Positions 26,501 through 36,515 of a DNA stretch of 64,000 bases are shown in pieces. Origin of the DNA: a virus. Positions within the stretch are counted from its first letter, which is position 1. Each line of letters opens with the position of its first letter. Location: the IMG/VR virus record IMGVR_UViG_3300049830_000285, positions 32,001-96,000 of that record; one strand, 5' to 3'. Position numbers and translations under genes: made by a program. The notes beneath the pieces are model-generated. The model was not told the DNA's origin. It worked only from the letters and a program-made list of their open reading frames with translations, and searched no databases.

Positions 26501-29500
26501 TATGTGCTCCTCAACACTAAGATGTCGCCAGGGGGCGCACCATGAGTCGATGTTGAAAACGCATCAGATGTTTTACCAACAGAAAGAAAAACAATTCGGT
26601 CTGCGTTATTTGGTGTTATTTGTACAGGGATAGGCGCAATATCTGTGGCACCGAGACTAACATAAGCGGCTAAATTGGATGGTGGAGACCATTCTAGATG
26701 TAATTTTTCATTATCAGAACCATCGTATGGAGCACCATAATAGTGTTCTACTACAACAGAATAGTAAAGTCCAGATGTTAATGATGGTGTCATGGCTGTT
26801 AATATTTGCTGACTATTAGGGTCAGCAGTAGGCCATGAATCAATTAATAATTCTCCTTCAAAATAAACTCGAACGCCGTCATTAAATGTTGCTTTAATAC
26901 GATGTGCTCCGGTCTCTAAAGCCTGTACACTGCTTTCAAAGCGACCGTTGAAGTACGTACTCTGAGTGGTGCTAAAGTCATAGCTTGTGTAGTTTAATGT
27001 ATTAGTCATAACATCAACGTCGGGCGCAACATTAATATCAATAAACTTGTAACTACCAGAATTTCTTTTCCACCACAAATTTCTCCAACCTTGCGCAGCA
27101 GGAAGCTTAACAGTGTAATCGTATGTTGTACCACCGATTTCGTACCTTACACATACGTAAATATCTTTACTTCTCCGAACATATGACCAGGAAAACCCGT
27201 CATTAACAGCCCTTGGGTAAATAGATATTGGGCCGGATGTTGGCATTTTATCACATGTAAATGCCCAATATCCATCCACTTTGTAAATAGATGTATGCTC
27301 TCTTGCGGTATTTGGGCCTGGTAGATATTGCAAGATGTTGGCAGTCGAGCGATTGAATGCGCCCAAGATAAAGCGACTCGATTGATAGAACTTAAACCAC
27401 GCAGAGCCAGAATCTACCTGCCAAACATTTGCACTATCTGTTTTAGCAACATGTTCTGGGCTTGAACCTTTATCAATAACAACAACTCCGCCAGATACCT
27501 GAGCGTTTTTGGTTAACACAAACCAATAATTACTCCCGATTGTTGCGCCATCTATCGCAAATGTAAATTCTTGCCATGTATTTGTAAGTGTGTTGATTCT
27601 TATAAAACTACCATCCAGTGCCTGTACAACCACTGGTACACCGCCACCAGCATCACTGTAAATAAATGCAGTGAATTTATCATCTGAACTATTGTATGGT
27701 ATTAATGTTAAATTAGTTGAGTCGGGAATGAATTTCATTCTTATAACGAACGAGCGCATCTGTGATACAAGAGATGCTGACGCGAGATAAATAGCTTGTG
27801 ATTTGGCCAAAAATGGCTCTTCAAACCCAGTGTATGCATTTCCACTGTGGTCAATAAGCAAAGCCCCGGAAGCTGGCGATACATTATCATAACATTTAAA
27901 CCAAGCACCGCCACTGCCAACTCTCCATGTGTCTGCACTTGGGGTATCCCACATTGTTGAGTTCCATAGATAAGAAATACCGCCGCCAGTTGGATTAGAG
28001 CCATTGACGCTATCAAATACAATTGTTCCGCCCTCGGTGGGAGCGCTTTTTTCTAACACAATCCAATATTTAGTTCCAGTGGATAAGCTCGCGTACAGAT
28101 TGCATCTAAATTCTTGATATGCACTTGTGAACGAACTATAGCTAATTTCCCCACCTGTGACAATTAATTCTCCGGGAATATTTTGAGCATTGTCATTAAC
28201 TGTATTTGAATATAGAGAAACGGTGATATGTTCGCTGTTCGTATTTGTCAACAATCCTGTTGTATTTGCAATGTCAAATACACATTTTGCCTTAAATGAA
28301 AATTCTCCCACTCCACTGGCGTCAGTTGTCGATAAGTAAAAACCAATAGAAGTAGACACAAATGGTTTTTCTTTTCCAGTATTAGCAGAAGCATCTAGTG
28401 CTGCATCACTGGGAAGTTGAGCCTGTGTGCCAAAATTTTCTAAATCGCCAGCCGCTAGATTAGATGGTGCAATAGTAAAAGAATCAGAGCGCAGACTTGA
28501 CAACGGCGGCATTGCCTCTTCTCCATCGCTTTGTATTGCCCCAAAATACGGATTTGTATTTTCTTTCCAATATGGAATCGTCGCGAAGCTATAATCAGAA
28601 ATACTAATAGATGCGCCTCGCAGTGCAACAAAATCATTTGGATACTGACGTAAATCAACAGTGTAAAATTCGCCGCCAGAATCGAGATATAGTTGAACAA
28701 ATATATCTATTTGTTCCTGGGTGTATCCTTGATTTTCCAGATTTTTTCTAAATTGTGCTTCTGTTGTTTTGGTTTCATCTTCTGGCGCAACAACTTTTGT
28801 ATATAAAGTGCGATAATCTCCCATAGATAAATCTGGAACTATACCAGCATAACCATGTAGTCTCCACTCATCTATAGTTTCAAGAGTACCACTTGCCCTT
28901 GATGCTCTTTCTTCGTCGGTGCCTTTCTTGTAATAACCAATTGTTGTTAAACCCTGAGATATTCTATTGGCATACTCTTGATTAGTAAGATAATATTTAG
29001 AAGCCATAATATCCCAATCTTTTTGAAATGTATTTTCATCAATGTCTTCGAGAAGTAGGCGCAGTTTATAATCTAACCCAATTCGAACACCAGCGGAGTC
29101 AGTATCCAGCACACTACAGGATTCAGATGGTTCAAGAAAAATCTCAAATTTGGTTGGGATATTAAATCTATTGTTTTTGAGATACAATTTATCTGAATCA
29201 AATCTTAAAACTTCCGTAGAAGGTGGTAAACCAGATAATTCTTCAATCATTCCTCTCGCAGAAGCAGTAAATTGAAATGCTATTGGCGTTTCATCAACCG
29301 CCGCTTGTAGTAATGGATTGTGTGGTTTCTTTAACAATCCGCGAAATGTTTGCGAAGCATTTCCATCTGGATTTACCAATGCAAGGCGTGAATTAGCCAG
29401 TGTATTTGGTGTCCTGGAGCCTGGGACAACCAAATGAAAAGCCGCATTCAAAACGGGATTGTTAAAATGAGTTGAGCGATAATTTTGTACCGTTTTAGCC

Positions 29501-31119
29501 AACGAACCAAGTAAACTGTCTGTTAATATTGTGTCATCAAATGGTGGATGGGCGAATGTTACCGCTGGTTGGTCAATAAACAAAATTGAAAAGTTTTGAT
29601 GTAAATTGCTACTTGTTACGCCTTCAAAATCATTTGTTTTAACTGCCCCAATCAACCCTCCATCCACGCCTTCAACTGTTTGATAGAGTGTGCCCGGAGC
29701 GCGACGATAAACCACTCTTGCAATAACGGTGTAATCTTGCGGTGGAATAGGCCAGTATGAAAAATTACTCCAATTATCGGGATAATCTTCGGGGGATATA
29801 GGAGCGCCTACAAAAACCAATGGGTCTGATTGCGGATAATCAAATTCAGTACCTCGATTTTTAGTAAGATATAATACTGGCACAGCATCGCCAGTATTAA
29901 TATCCAATAGATATCCGGTAATACTATTTGTTAAACCATGTGTTGCAGACTCAGGCCAATCATGTAATAAATGATATGCGGCTGGAGCTGTGGGATTACT
30001 ATATTGTCCATCAAAGAATTGAAAATGAGTTCTACGTTTGTCAATCAAATGAAGATTAGATGTTACAGAATTAGATTTATCATTGATTGCCAAGCTAGAC
30101 CAAGTGAGTCTATCTGTTATCTCATTGCGAAAATAGCTTTTCTTTTCCCATTTAATTAAATGGTCACTGGTAACAACAACAACAGGATTGCCATTTGCGG
30201 CGTTTTGCGTTCCAATAGTAAATGTATCCTTTGAACCCCAATAAATAACAATATGCCACCACTCGTTATTTAACCAATTGGTTAAAAAAGCAGGCCTAGT
30301 TACGGTAATATCCCAGCTAGTATTTACGGAGCCATTTCTTGCAATAGAGTAATCCAGTTGAGTCAAAATACCATTAGTGTCATCACTTACAGGCGGCTGA
30401 GTTAGAGCACCCCATGAACTAATTGTTCCATTTCCAGAGACGACGGCAGTTTGGTGTAAATTGGCATGAGAATATAAGCGTACATCTAATGGAGCGTCTG
30501 TTGCTGCATTAGTGAGCATCACTCCCTCAAGCTCTTCTTTGGTCAATGTAAATCGAAAATCTTTTACCGGAGATGTTCCGCCTGTGGTGTTTTTAATAGA
30601 AAGCCAACGAGCATTCTGCCAAAATCCAACCTGATGATATGTACCAGAGCCAACGTGATATCGGACTGGTGTTAACCGAGTAAGTCGAGAGGCGTAGCTG
30701 GGTTCTGAATTTTCGTCATTATTAGATGGTCGAGCACGCGGATATCCCTTCCATTGGTTATAATCCCAAACTCCCCATCCCTCCGGTGTGGGTGGCCCAT
30801 CATAACTTGGATTCCAATTTCCAGATACATATGCGGGAAATAACGATTGTGTTTTACCATTATCAGCTAAAACAGCTCCACCTTGAATTCCATATCCAAC
30901 TCGGTCTAGACTACCAAATTTTAATAATGACGTGTTGGGAAGTGCATAATCAAAATCATGAAAACGAACAGAACCCTTCAATCGACATAATGCTCTCTCT
31001 AGCCGTAACAATGCTCCTGGGCGTCTATCTATGTCCCCTATAGGTGTATCTATTGCTCCCCAAGCTCTTCCTAAAGATTCTGTCAAAAGCGTGAGTTGTT
31101 TTCTGTCAATATTTGTCAT
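26500..31119 (-). CDS. Large tail/baseplate protein with two YW(I/F)VL modules and C-terminal PA14 domain
   Basis: 1539 aa. GRFE..G.HRIK..FNDGVRVYFEGELLID.W...GLYYSVVVEHY...L.LEW is a PA14 signature. Confidence 0.7.
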   Translation of the reverse strand: MTNIDRKQLTLLTESLGRAWGAIDTPIGDIDRRPGALLRLERALCRLKGSVRFHDFDYALPNTSLLKFGSLDRVGYGIQGGAVLADNGKTQSLFPAYVSGNWNPSYDGPPTPEGWGVWDYNQWKGYPRARPSNNDENSEPSYASRLTRLTPVRYHVGSGTYHQVGFWQNARWLSIKNTTGGTSPVKDFRFTLTKEELEGVMLTNAATDAPLDVRLYSHANLHQTAVVSGNGTISSWGALTQPPVSDDTNGILTQLDYSIARNGSVNTSWDITVTRPAFLTNWLNNEWWHIVIYWGSKDTFTIGTQNAANGNPVVVVTSDHLIKWEKKSYFRNEITDRLTWSSLAINDKSNSVTSNLHLIDKRRTHFQFFDGQYSNPTAPAAYHLLHDWPESATHGLTNSITGYLLDINTGDAVPVLYLTKNRGTEFDYPQSDPLVFVGAPISPEDYPDNWSNFSYWPIPPQDYTVIARVVYRRAPGTLYQTVEGVDGGLIGAVKTNDFEGVTSSNLHQNFSILFIDQPAVTFAHPPFDDTILTDSLLGSLAKTVQNYRSTHFNNPVLNAAFHLVVPGSRTPNTLANSRLALVNPDGNASQTFRGLLKKPHNPLLQAAVDETPIAFQFTASARGMIEELSGLPPSTEVLRFDSDKLYLKNNRFNIPTKFEIFLEPSESCSVLDTDSAGVRIGLDYKLRLLLEDIDENTFQKDWDIMASKYYLTNQEYANRISQGLTTIGYYKKGTDEERASRASGTLETIDEWRLHGYAGIVPDLSMGDYRTLYTKVVAPEDETKTTEAQFRKNLENQGYTQEQIDIFVQLYLDSGGEFYTVDLRQYPNDFVALRGASISISDYSFATIPYWKENTNPYFGAIQSDGEEAMPPLSSLRSDSFTIAPSNLAAGDLENFGTQAQLPSDAALDASANTGKEKPFVSTSIGFYLSTTDASGVGEFSFKAKCVFDIANTTGLLTNTNSEHITVSLYSNTVNDNAQNIPGELIVTGGEISYSSFTSAYQEFRCNLYASLSTGTKYWIVLEKSAPTEGGTIVFDSVNGSNPTGGGISYLWNSTMWDTPSADTWRVGSGGAWFKCYDNVSPASGALLIDHSGNAYTGFEEPFLAKSQAIYLASASLVSQMRSFVIRMKFIPDSTNLTLIPYNSSDDKFTAFIYSDAGGGVPVVVQALDGSFIRINTLTNTWQEFTFAIDGATIGSNYWFVLTKNAQVSGGVVVIDKGSSPEHVAKTDSANVWQVDSGSAWFKFYQSSRFILGAFNRSTANILQYLPGPNTAREHTSIYKVDGYWAFTCDKMPTSGPISIYPRAVNDGFSWSYVRRSKDIYVCVRYEIGGTTYDYTVKLPAAQGWRNLWWKRNSGSYKFIDINVAPDVDVMTNTLNYTSYDFSTTQSTYFNGRFESSVQALETGAHRIKATFNDGVRVYFEGELLIDSWPTADPNSQQILTAMTPSLTSGLYYSVVVEHYYGAPYDGSDNEKLHLEWSPPSNLAAYVSLGATDIAPIPVQITPNNADRIVFLSVGKTSDAFSTSTHGAPPGDILVLRST

Positions 31120-31122
31120 ATA

Positions 31123-31902
31123 TCAATCCCAAGAATCTGTAGGTACAGTGTCTGGCCCATATGCTGTCTGTTTCACCAACTCTTCCATCATGATTGAAAA
31201 TTCAGATGCATGCAATAATTGTTTCCCCATACCATCATCACTTGGTTTAATGTCAGTCATGTCAACATTGTACAAAAAGCGAACGGCTCGTCTTTTGTCA
31301 TTTTGATAATAAAGAATTCTATCTCTTGCTTGTGTGGTGAGATTTGGAACTGAAACACTATTTCGAACATCTGTGTCAAGCAATTCATATGCCGCTCTCG
31401 CTACTCCAGAGTCCACAAATGGAGGAATTGTATCGGTTGAGGGATGCGTTTCCAACCATGTGTTGGTTAAATCTGTTTCTACGATTGTAACATAAGGTGC
31501 AAATAATGTGGCATGTGTCAACGTAAAATGCAAAGGAGACATAATTTTTTTGTTACATATGGGGCACTTAACCATCACCCATATTCTTTTATGCGGCAAT
31601 AATGTCTCAAATAAAATACGAGCCATTTCTTGACTAACTCTTTCAGATATCTCTTTGTTATCATTCTGAGCCCATGTTTGAATAGTGATTGTATGGGTGA
31701 GTTTATAAAGACTATGAGCGTATTTTTGTGGCTTGGAAGTGGAACCCTTAATGACAATCGCTGGTTGCTCAGGGATTGTCTCTTGGTCGCCAAAAAGGAA
31801 TTGTTTAATTACACGGTCATAAACAACGTTTTGACCCGCGTTGTTTTTTGGCAAATCTGTAAATAAGATGCCGCGTACCGTTTCATAGACTTGTTCAAGC
31901 AT
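31123..31902 (-). CDS. Putative tail completion/terminator protein with CxxC insert
   Basis: Position after head-tail adaptor, PAIVI and ITIQTW strands, VKCPIC. Confidence 0.45.
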   Translation of the reverse strand: MLEQVYETVRGILFTDLPKNNAGQNVVYDRVIKQFLFGDQETIPEQPAIVIKGSTSKPQKYAHSLYKLTHTITIQTWAQNDNKEISERVSQEMARILFETLLPHKRIWVMVKCPICNKKIMSPLHFTLTHATLFAPYVTIVETDLTNTWLETHPSTDTIPPFVDSGVARAAYELLDTDVRNSVSVPNLTTQARDRILYYQNDKRRAVRFLYNVDMTDIKPSDDGMGKQLLHASEFSIMMEELVKQTAYGPDTVPTDSWD

Positions 31903-31915
31903 GCTTGTCTGTAAT

Positions 31916-31940
31916 TTCTAGCAGAAGTCTTTGAAATCCT
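31916..31940 (-). promoter_or_regulatory. AGG-N18-NGAA motif, tail operon
   Basis: Minus strand AGG 31940-38, AGAA 31919-16, ATG 31902. Confidence 0.6.
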
Positions 31941-31943
31941 TGA

Positions 31944-32432
31944 TTACTTGGAGTCTGATTTTCCGCCAGAAGCTGGGTTGCGCGGAGCATTCATCAAAGT
32001 GTTGCGAATAAATCTATTTGCACGAAGATTAACCTGGCCCACTAATAGTCGTTCACCGTTTTGTATTTTAGCCAATTCTGTGTGAGCCCATGCTTCGCGT
32101 TCTTTCTGAGAATCACTTCTCTGACGGTCTGCGCCCTGTAATCTTTGCTCCCAAATCATCTGAGCAGCCAGTAAAGCGGCAACAGATGGAATTGGTTGTG
32201 GATATCCCACTTCTCCGCCCTGATTAACTTTGACTAAAGGTACATCAAATTGCGTGGCAAGAGCGCCGTCAATGTGCGAACATGCTTGTTGAATAAAAAA
32301 ATCAACATCAATGTTGGTTAATGATTCCGGGTTGGGATTCATTGGATTCGGTGTCGGATTTTGTCCCTGTGAAACAATTCCCTCGGGAAGATATTGTTTC
32401 ACGGAATCTTCATCGCAATAACTACGTGCCAT
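31944..32432 (-). CDS. Head-tail adaptor (Mu gp36 / DUF1320-like)
   Basis: YCDEDSV, FIQQACSHIDGALATQFDVPL, LAA..IW and AHTEL.KIQNG pattern. Confidence 0.7.
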   Translation of the reverse strand: MARSYCDEDSVKQYLPEGIVSQGQNPTPNPMNPNPESLTNIDVDFFIQQACSHIDGALATQFDVPLVKVNQGGEVGYPQPIPSVAALLAAQMIWEQRLQGADRQRSDSQKEREAWAHTELAKIQNGERLLVGQVNLRANRFIRNTLMNAPRNPASGGKSDSK

Positions 32433-33154
32433 TATTGTTGTTGTACCTCTTGTGGATTATTGTTAGAAATGGGTGCATTAGCCTGCATTTGCTCGTCTTG
32501 TTTTAAATACTGAGGTACAAATTCGGTTCCCTCTCCTTCTGGCAGCAAGCCAGTTGCCTCCATATCTTTGCGATGGATTAGAGTATATGTTTTGCTCGTT
32601 TCAAGAGCATTGGGCGTATCTGAGGCAGAAGACACAAAACGTGGATATTCAACCTCAACATCCATATAACCACCGGAAACGTCATTATAAATTTCGATTG
32701 CATCAGGGGCATAAATACTTCCTTTCATTTTATTTAGGTGTTGGGCTTGTCGCTTTGTTACATTAATTGCCATAACCCAACCGCCACGGTCGTGTGCGAA
32801 TTGAATAGCTTTATCTATTGGAAGATTCAAATGCATTGGTTCCTTTAAATTGTAGACGACAATATGAAACTTATCAGCACACGTATAATCTTCCCCTGGC
32901 GCTACATAAATATCTAATCCAGATTGTTTTGCGATTTGTGTTGCTTGCCATCCTACTTGTGGACTGTTCGGAGCCACAATACCCACCATATCTAATCCTT
33001 TAATGATAGCTGATGTAAGCATTGATTTCAAAACTGAACTAACATCATTTGTGTTGGCAACCTGGGACATATCGCCTGGATATACGCGCAAATCTACGCG
33101 CATTTGATGTTTGCGTAAAGATGTTCGTATAGATTGCGGTGTATACCAGGACAT
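32432..33154 (-). CDS. PHP-fold protein lacking metal ligands
   Basis: RVDL, A..KGLDMVGI, PGED, HIVVY, GGWVMA, DAIEIYN and ASD align to PHP, but the conserved His residues are replaced. Confidence 0.6.
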   Translation of the reverse strand: MSWYTPQSIRTSLRKHQMRVDLRVYPGDMSQVANTNDVSSVLKSMLTSAIIKGLDMVGIVAPNSPQVGWQATQIAKQSGLDIYVAPGEDYTCADKFHIVVYNLKEPMHLNLPIDKAIQFAHDRGGWVMAINVTKRQAQHLNKMKGSIYAPDAIEIYNDVSGGYMDVEVEYPRFVSSASDTPNALETSKTYTLIHRKDMEATGLLPEGEGTEFVPQYLKQDEQMQANAPISNNNPQEVQQQ

Positions 33155-33166
33155 TCTATATTTGCT

Positions 33167-33191
33167 TTCTGCAAATTAGTCTGGATGTCCT
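33167..33191 (-). promoter_or_regulatory. AGG-N18-NGAA motif
   Basis: Minus strand AGG 33191-89, AGAA 33170-67, ATG 33154. Confidence 0.6.
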
Positions 33192-33840
33192 ATTGTCGTG
33201 CGCAACCACAATCAGAACAGAATTTTTCTCTATCATGAAACTTACGACCACATTCAATACAAAATAAATTAATCTTTTGAAGCCTGCCGCAACTAGAGCA
33301 AAACTTAGCATTATATGGCAAAGTTACATTACATTCTGAATCCGCACATAATTTAGTTCCAGCACTATAAATATCTTCACTCTCAGAAGAGTTTTTAGCC
33401 ACCTTGCGTACTCTATTGTCTAAAACAGCTAATTCTGTGTTAGAAGTTGAATGTGATGCGTTAGATGCCGTAAGCACGCGCTGCGTTGACTGTTGTAAAT
33501 CATCTTCGATGTTTAAAAGTAAATCATCCATATCTTTGTCGGTTATTCCAACACTAGACACTTGCGTTTCTTCTGGAAGCTCTTTCTCTGGTTCATCTTC
33601 GTCCTCATCAAGAGGCATGTTATATTTTTTTGCCAAGTCTTTCATCTGTTGCGAATCCCAAATACTAATATCTGCGCGAGGCATACCAGTTTCTGGGTCA
33701 ATTGTGAAATTTACCTTATCATCTGTAATCGCTGCATCTGGTTTGGCTTGCAACACAGTGTGCCCATATTGATTTTTGGTGATTTCTCTAAAACCAGGCT
33801 CACCGGGTTTTGCATTAAAATTAAAGCGTTCTGTACTCAT
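33190..33840 (-). CDS. Protein with C-terminal double zinc ribbon (ends in TAG)
   Basis: C..C....AKFCSSCG...FCIECG....KFCSDCG. Confidence 0.75.
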   Translation of the reverse strand: MSTERFNFNAKPGEPGFREITKNQYGHTVLQAKPDAAITDDKVNFTIDPETGMPRADISIWDSQQMKDLAKKYNMPLDEDEDEPEKELPEETQVSSVGITDKDMDDLLLNIEDDLQQSTQRVLTASNASHSTSNTELAVLDNRVRKVAKNSSESEDIYSAGTKLCADSECNVTLPYNAKFCSSCGRLQKINLFCIECGRKFHDREKFCSDCGCARQ

Positions 33841-33879
33841 TTTTTGACCTTTTTTTGTTTCTGGCCGACTCCGAGTTGT

Positions 33880-34365
33880 TTATACAGCAGGTTTCATTTG
33901 TTTTGCTTCAGACTTAGACCATTTAAAACTTTCAACATCCACTCCAAGTTGGTCGCCAATACCCAAAATGTAATTCATCATATCAGCTTCAGAAACACCG
34001 TCAGGTGCTTTGAAGATAACAGTACACGTATGAGTCTTTCTGTCATCCACAACTGGCTCTTCGCCTGGACGCATTTTTACAAAACTAGAAATACCAGGGT
34101 TCATCGAGGATTCTTGTTCGCCTTCATCGGCTGTATCGCCCTCATCTGCCATATTTTGGAAAGACGGATTGTACCCGCCACTACCGCCAGCCATATTAGT
34201 TGATTGCCCAGTGTCTCCAAAGAATTGAGCGATTCTGCGCAACTCTTTAGCTCGTGGGTGGTTAATAGATTCCAATTTGCTTGCAATCCTTTCAATATTC
34301 TGCTTCATTTCTGCAACGTTCTCTTTCATTTGTCCACCTGTGGAATTTTTTACGATTTTTGACAC
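33880..34365 (-). CDS. Hypothetical protein with IASKLE-type leader variant
   Basis: IERIASKLESINHPRAKELRRIAQ, then Gly/acidic linker and a small alpha/beta domain. Confidence 0.65.
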   Translation of the reverse strand: MSKIVKNSTGGQMKENVAEMKQNIERIASKLESINHPRAKELRRIAQFFGDTGQSTNMAGGSGGYNPSFQNMADEGDTADEGEQESSMNPGISSFVKMRPGEEPVVDDRKTHTCTVIFKAPDGVSEADMMNYILGIGDQLGVDVESFKWSKSEAKQMKPAV

Positions 34366-34448
34366 CCTATAATTAGGCTATATACTTTACTTAGATACAA
34401 TTGTAGTTTTCTCCTACTTCATTAAAATTAGCATATAAGTCAAAATTG

Positions 34449-35618
34449 TTACTTATTAAGATTCGTTTCGAACTTTCTAAGTGCCTCTAGAATTTCTCCT
34501 TCAGAGGATTTATCGAGAATATCTGACATACTCATTCCTTTCTTTCGATATTCTACTGCTTCAGGCCAAATTTTATTGATTGGATGCTCGCTTAATATCT
34601 TGGGGTCAGTGTTATCAGCAATTTCTGCATATGAATCATTAACATATTTAGACAGTGTAAGCATTCTATTAATTAGCGATTGTGTTGAGAATATTTCCCC
34701 GGTTATTCCGCTGCTAAGCGAAGCATGACTACCAGTACCTCCTCCACCACTACCCGTGTTATAGCCACTTCCTGCATCCATCATGCGAATTTCTCGCAAA
34801 GCTGTAAGTTCATCTTGCGGAGAATAAAATTGAAGCATTTGAAGAAATTTGGGATTTCTTAATTTTAATCTGTGAAAATATTTGTCGATGAGAATATAAC
34901 CCTCGTAAGATAATGGGTCACTATTCTTCTCAATCAATTTTTGAGCACTTTCTAAATCTTTTACTTTCACGAAAGGTACTTTTAAATTTGGAAATTCCAT
35001 CTCATAAATATCTAATTCTTCTAATGTATCTCGGGCTATGGCAGCTATCAGAGTAACTTTTCTATCTGTGTAAACTACCACAACTCTATTTTCGGGTGAT
35101 GTTATTTCAAATGTGTAGAAAATATCTTGATTGAGTTGCGAAGTGAATGTATTCCAATCACTTCCCATGTCTTGAATGCATTTTTCCACTAGCTGTCGCC
35201 AAGTATAATTTGAAGGACTAGCGTTAATTGTGTAATTTTTGATATCACCATCAGTGGAATGTCTAGTACATACGCGCCATTCATTCTGATAATGGTAAAA
35301 TGTGATAAGAGCGCCATCTAATTTGGTCATAGCCCGAGCGCTTGACCAGTCAAAGTTAGCAATGGTTGGTGCTGCATAAGTTTCTTCTACTGCGAAAAAA
35401 GCCTCAGGCGACTTACTTACAACATTCCATGTTCCTACTTCCAGCACGAGTGCGCGACTCTCTTGTACAATTTTCGAATCCATTGGTGAAAGAACTCTGT
35501 AATTAAATACTACTCGTTGGTTGTCAGACGAGTAGTTGTGTTGAATCTCATATCTTTGGTATAAATCTTCTAGGGTTTTACCAGAGCGTAAAAAAGTTTG
35601 AATGGCGAGTTCTTTCAT
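34449..35618 (-). CDS. RNA ligase, T4 Rnl1 family
   Basis: FNY, ESRALVL, KLDG (motif I), FEITSPENRVV, EGYILID (motif IV) and RLKLRN (motif V variant). Confidence 0.85.
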   Translation of the reverse strand: MKELAIQTFLRSGKTLEDLYQRYEIQHNYSSDNQRVVFNYRVLSPMDSKIVQESRALVLEVGTWNVVSKSPEAFFAVEETYAAPTIANFDWSSARAMTKLDGALITFYHYQNEWRVCTRHSTDGDIKNYTINASPSNYTWRQLVEKCIQDMGSDWNTFTSQLNQDIFYTFEITSPENRVVVVYTDRKVTLIAAIARDTLEELDIYEMEFPNLKVPFVKVKDLESAQKLIEKNSDPLSYEGYILIDKYFHRLKLRNPKFLQMLQFYSPQDELTALREIRMMDAGSGYNTGSGGGGTGSHASLSSGITGEIFSTQSLINRMLTLSKYVNDSYAEIADNTDPKILSEHPINKIWPEAVEYRKKGMSMSDILDKSSEGEILEALRKFETNLNK

Positions 35619-35628
35619 GAATATGTTT

Positions 35629-35653
35629 TTCGCATTAAGGAATCAATTTACCT
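35629..35653 (-). promoter_or_regulatory. AGG-N18-NGAA motif
   Basis: Minus strand AGG 35653-51, CGAA 35632-29, ATG 35618. Confidence 0.6.
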
Positions 35654-35669
35654 TATACGACAAGTGACC

Positions 35670-36515
35670 TCAATGTGTGGGCCAAATATCAAAAATCTCT
35701 TTAGAAGCATAGCAAACTTTAAGTAACTTGCTATAGTAACTGAACAATTTTATATCATCTCCTTGAATAATTTTTGTAAAAAAGTCTTTCGGGTCTGTGT
35801 TTCTGATATTACCGCACACGATAGTTTTAATATTTTGTGCAGCACAAAAATGAGCCAAAGAATTACTTGTTGTTATTACCCCGTCAGCAAGTTCAGCTAG
35901 CGCAAATACGTGATTCATGGTGGGGGTTTGATTTGTCAATCTAACAATGTTGTTGAAAGTTTCCAAAGGAGAATCATCCCATTCTTTTCCAATAGTCACG
36001 AATGTTTTTTCCTGGTCTCTTATTATCCATAAAATATATTCCCACCAATGCGGCCAATGTGCTTGACGATTAACGGTGTTGATGCTATATGGTTGAAGTA
36101 AATAAAACGGTCTCGGTATATTTACACAAACATTAGCCGCCCAATCTTTAGCTTCTTGTGGAAGATTTAAATTCCTTGCAAGAGGATAATCTGAGTTGTA
36201 ATGGCTACTTTCTTCAAATGACAGTGCGGTATTTACAATATCGTCTGGAGTCAACCCCGTGTTTCCAAGAATAGTCAGCAATCCTTGTTCATATAATTCT
36301 GGTGTCCAAAGCGCTTGCATTGTGGTTTGAAATTCAACAACATCTTTGTGTCGGGTTGTTCGAATGTCGGTGATAAACGTTTGGCATTTAAGAAAATCCT
36401 CCATTCCATCTATTCCACCAAAATACACAATCCCACCAGTACCTATTTTTTGTTGGAAGAAACCAAGTGCGCAAATTACATCACCCCAGTTTCCAATAGC
36501 AGTTCCGTATTTCAT
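35670..36515 (-). CDS. Glycosyltransferase, GT9-like (GT-B)
   Basis: GNWGDVI, LLQPYS, ADGVITTSNSLAHFCAA.N.KTIV pattern. Confidence 0.65.
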   Translation of the reverse strand: MKYGTAIGNWGDVICALGFFQQKIGTGGIVYFGGIDGMEDFLKCQTFITDIRTTRHKDVVEFQTTMQALWTPELYEQGLLTILGNTGLTPDDIVNTALSFEESSHYNSDYPLARNLNLPQEAKDWAANVCVNIPRPFYLLQPYSINTVNRQAHWPHWWEYILWIIRDQEKTFVTIGKEWDDSPLETFNNIVRLTNQTPTMNHVFALAELADGVITTSNSLAHFCAAQNIKTIVCGNIRNTDPKDFFTKIIQGDDIKLFSYYSKLLKVCYASKEIFDIWPTH

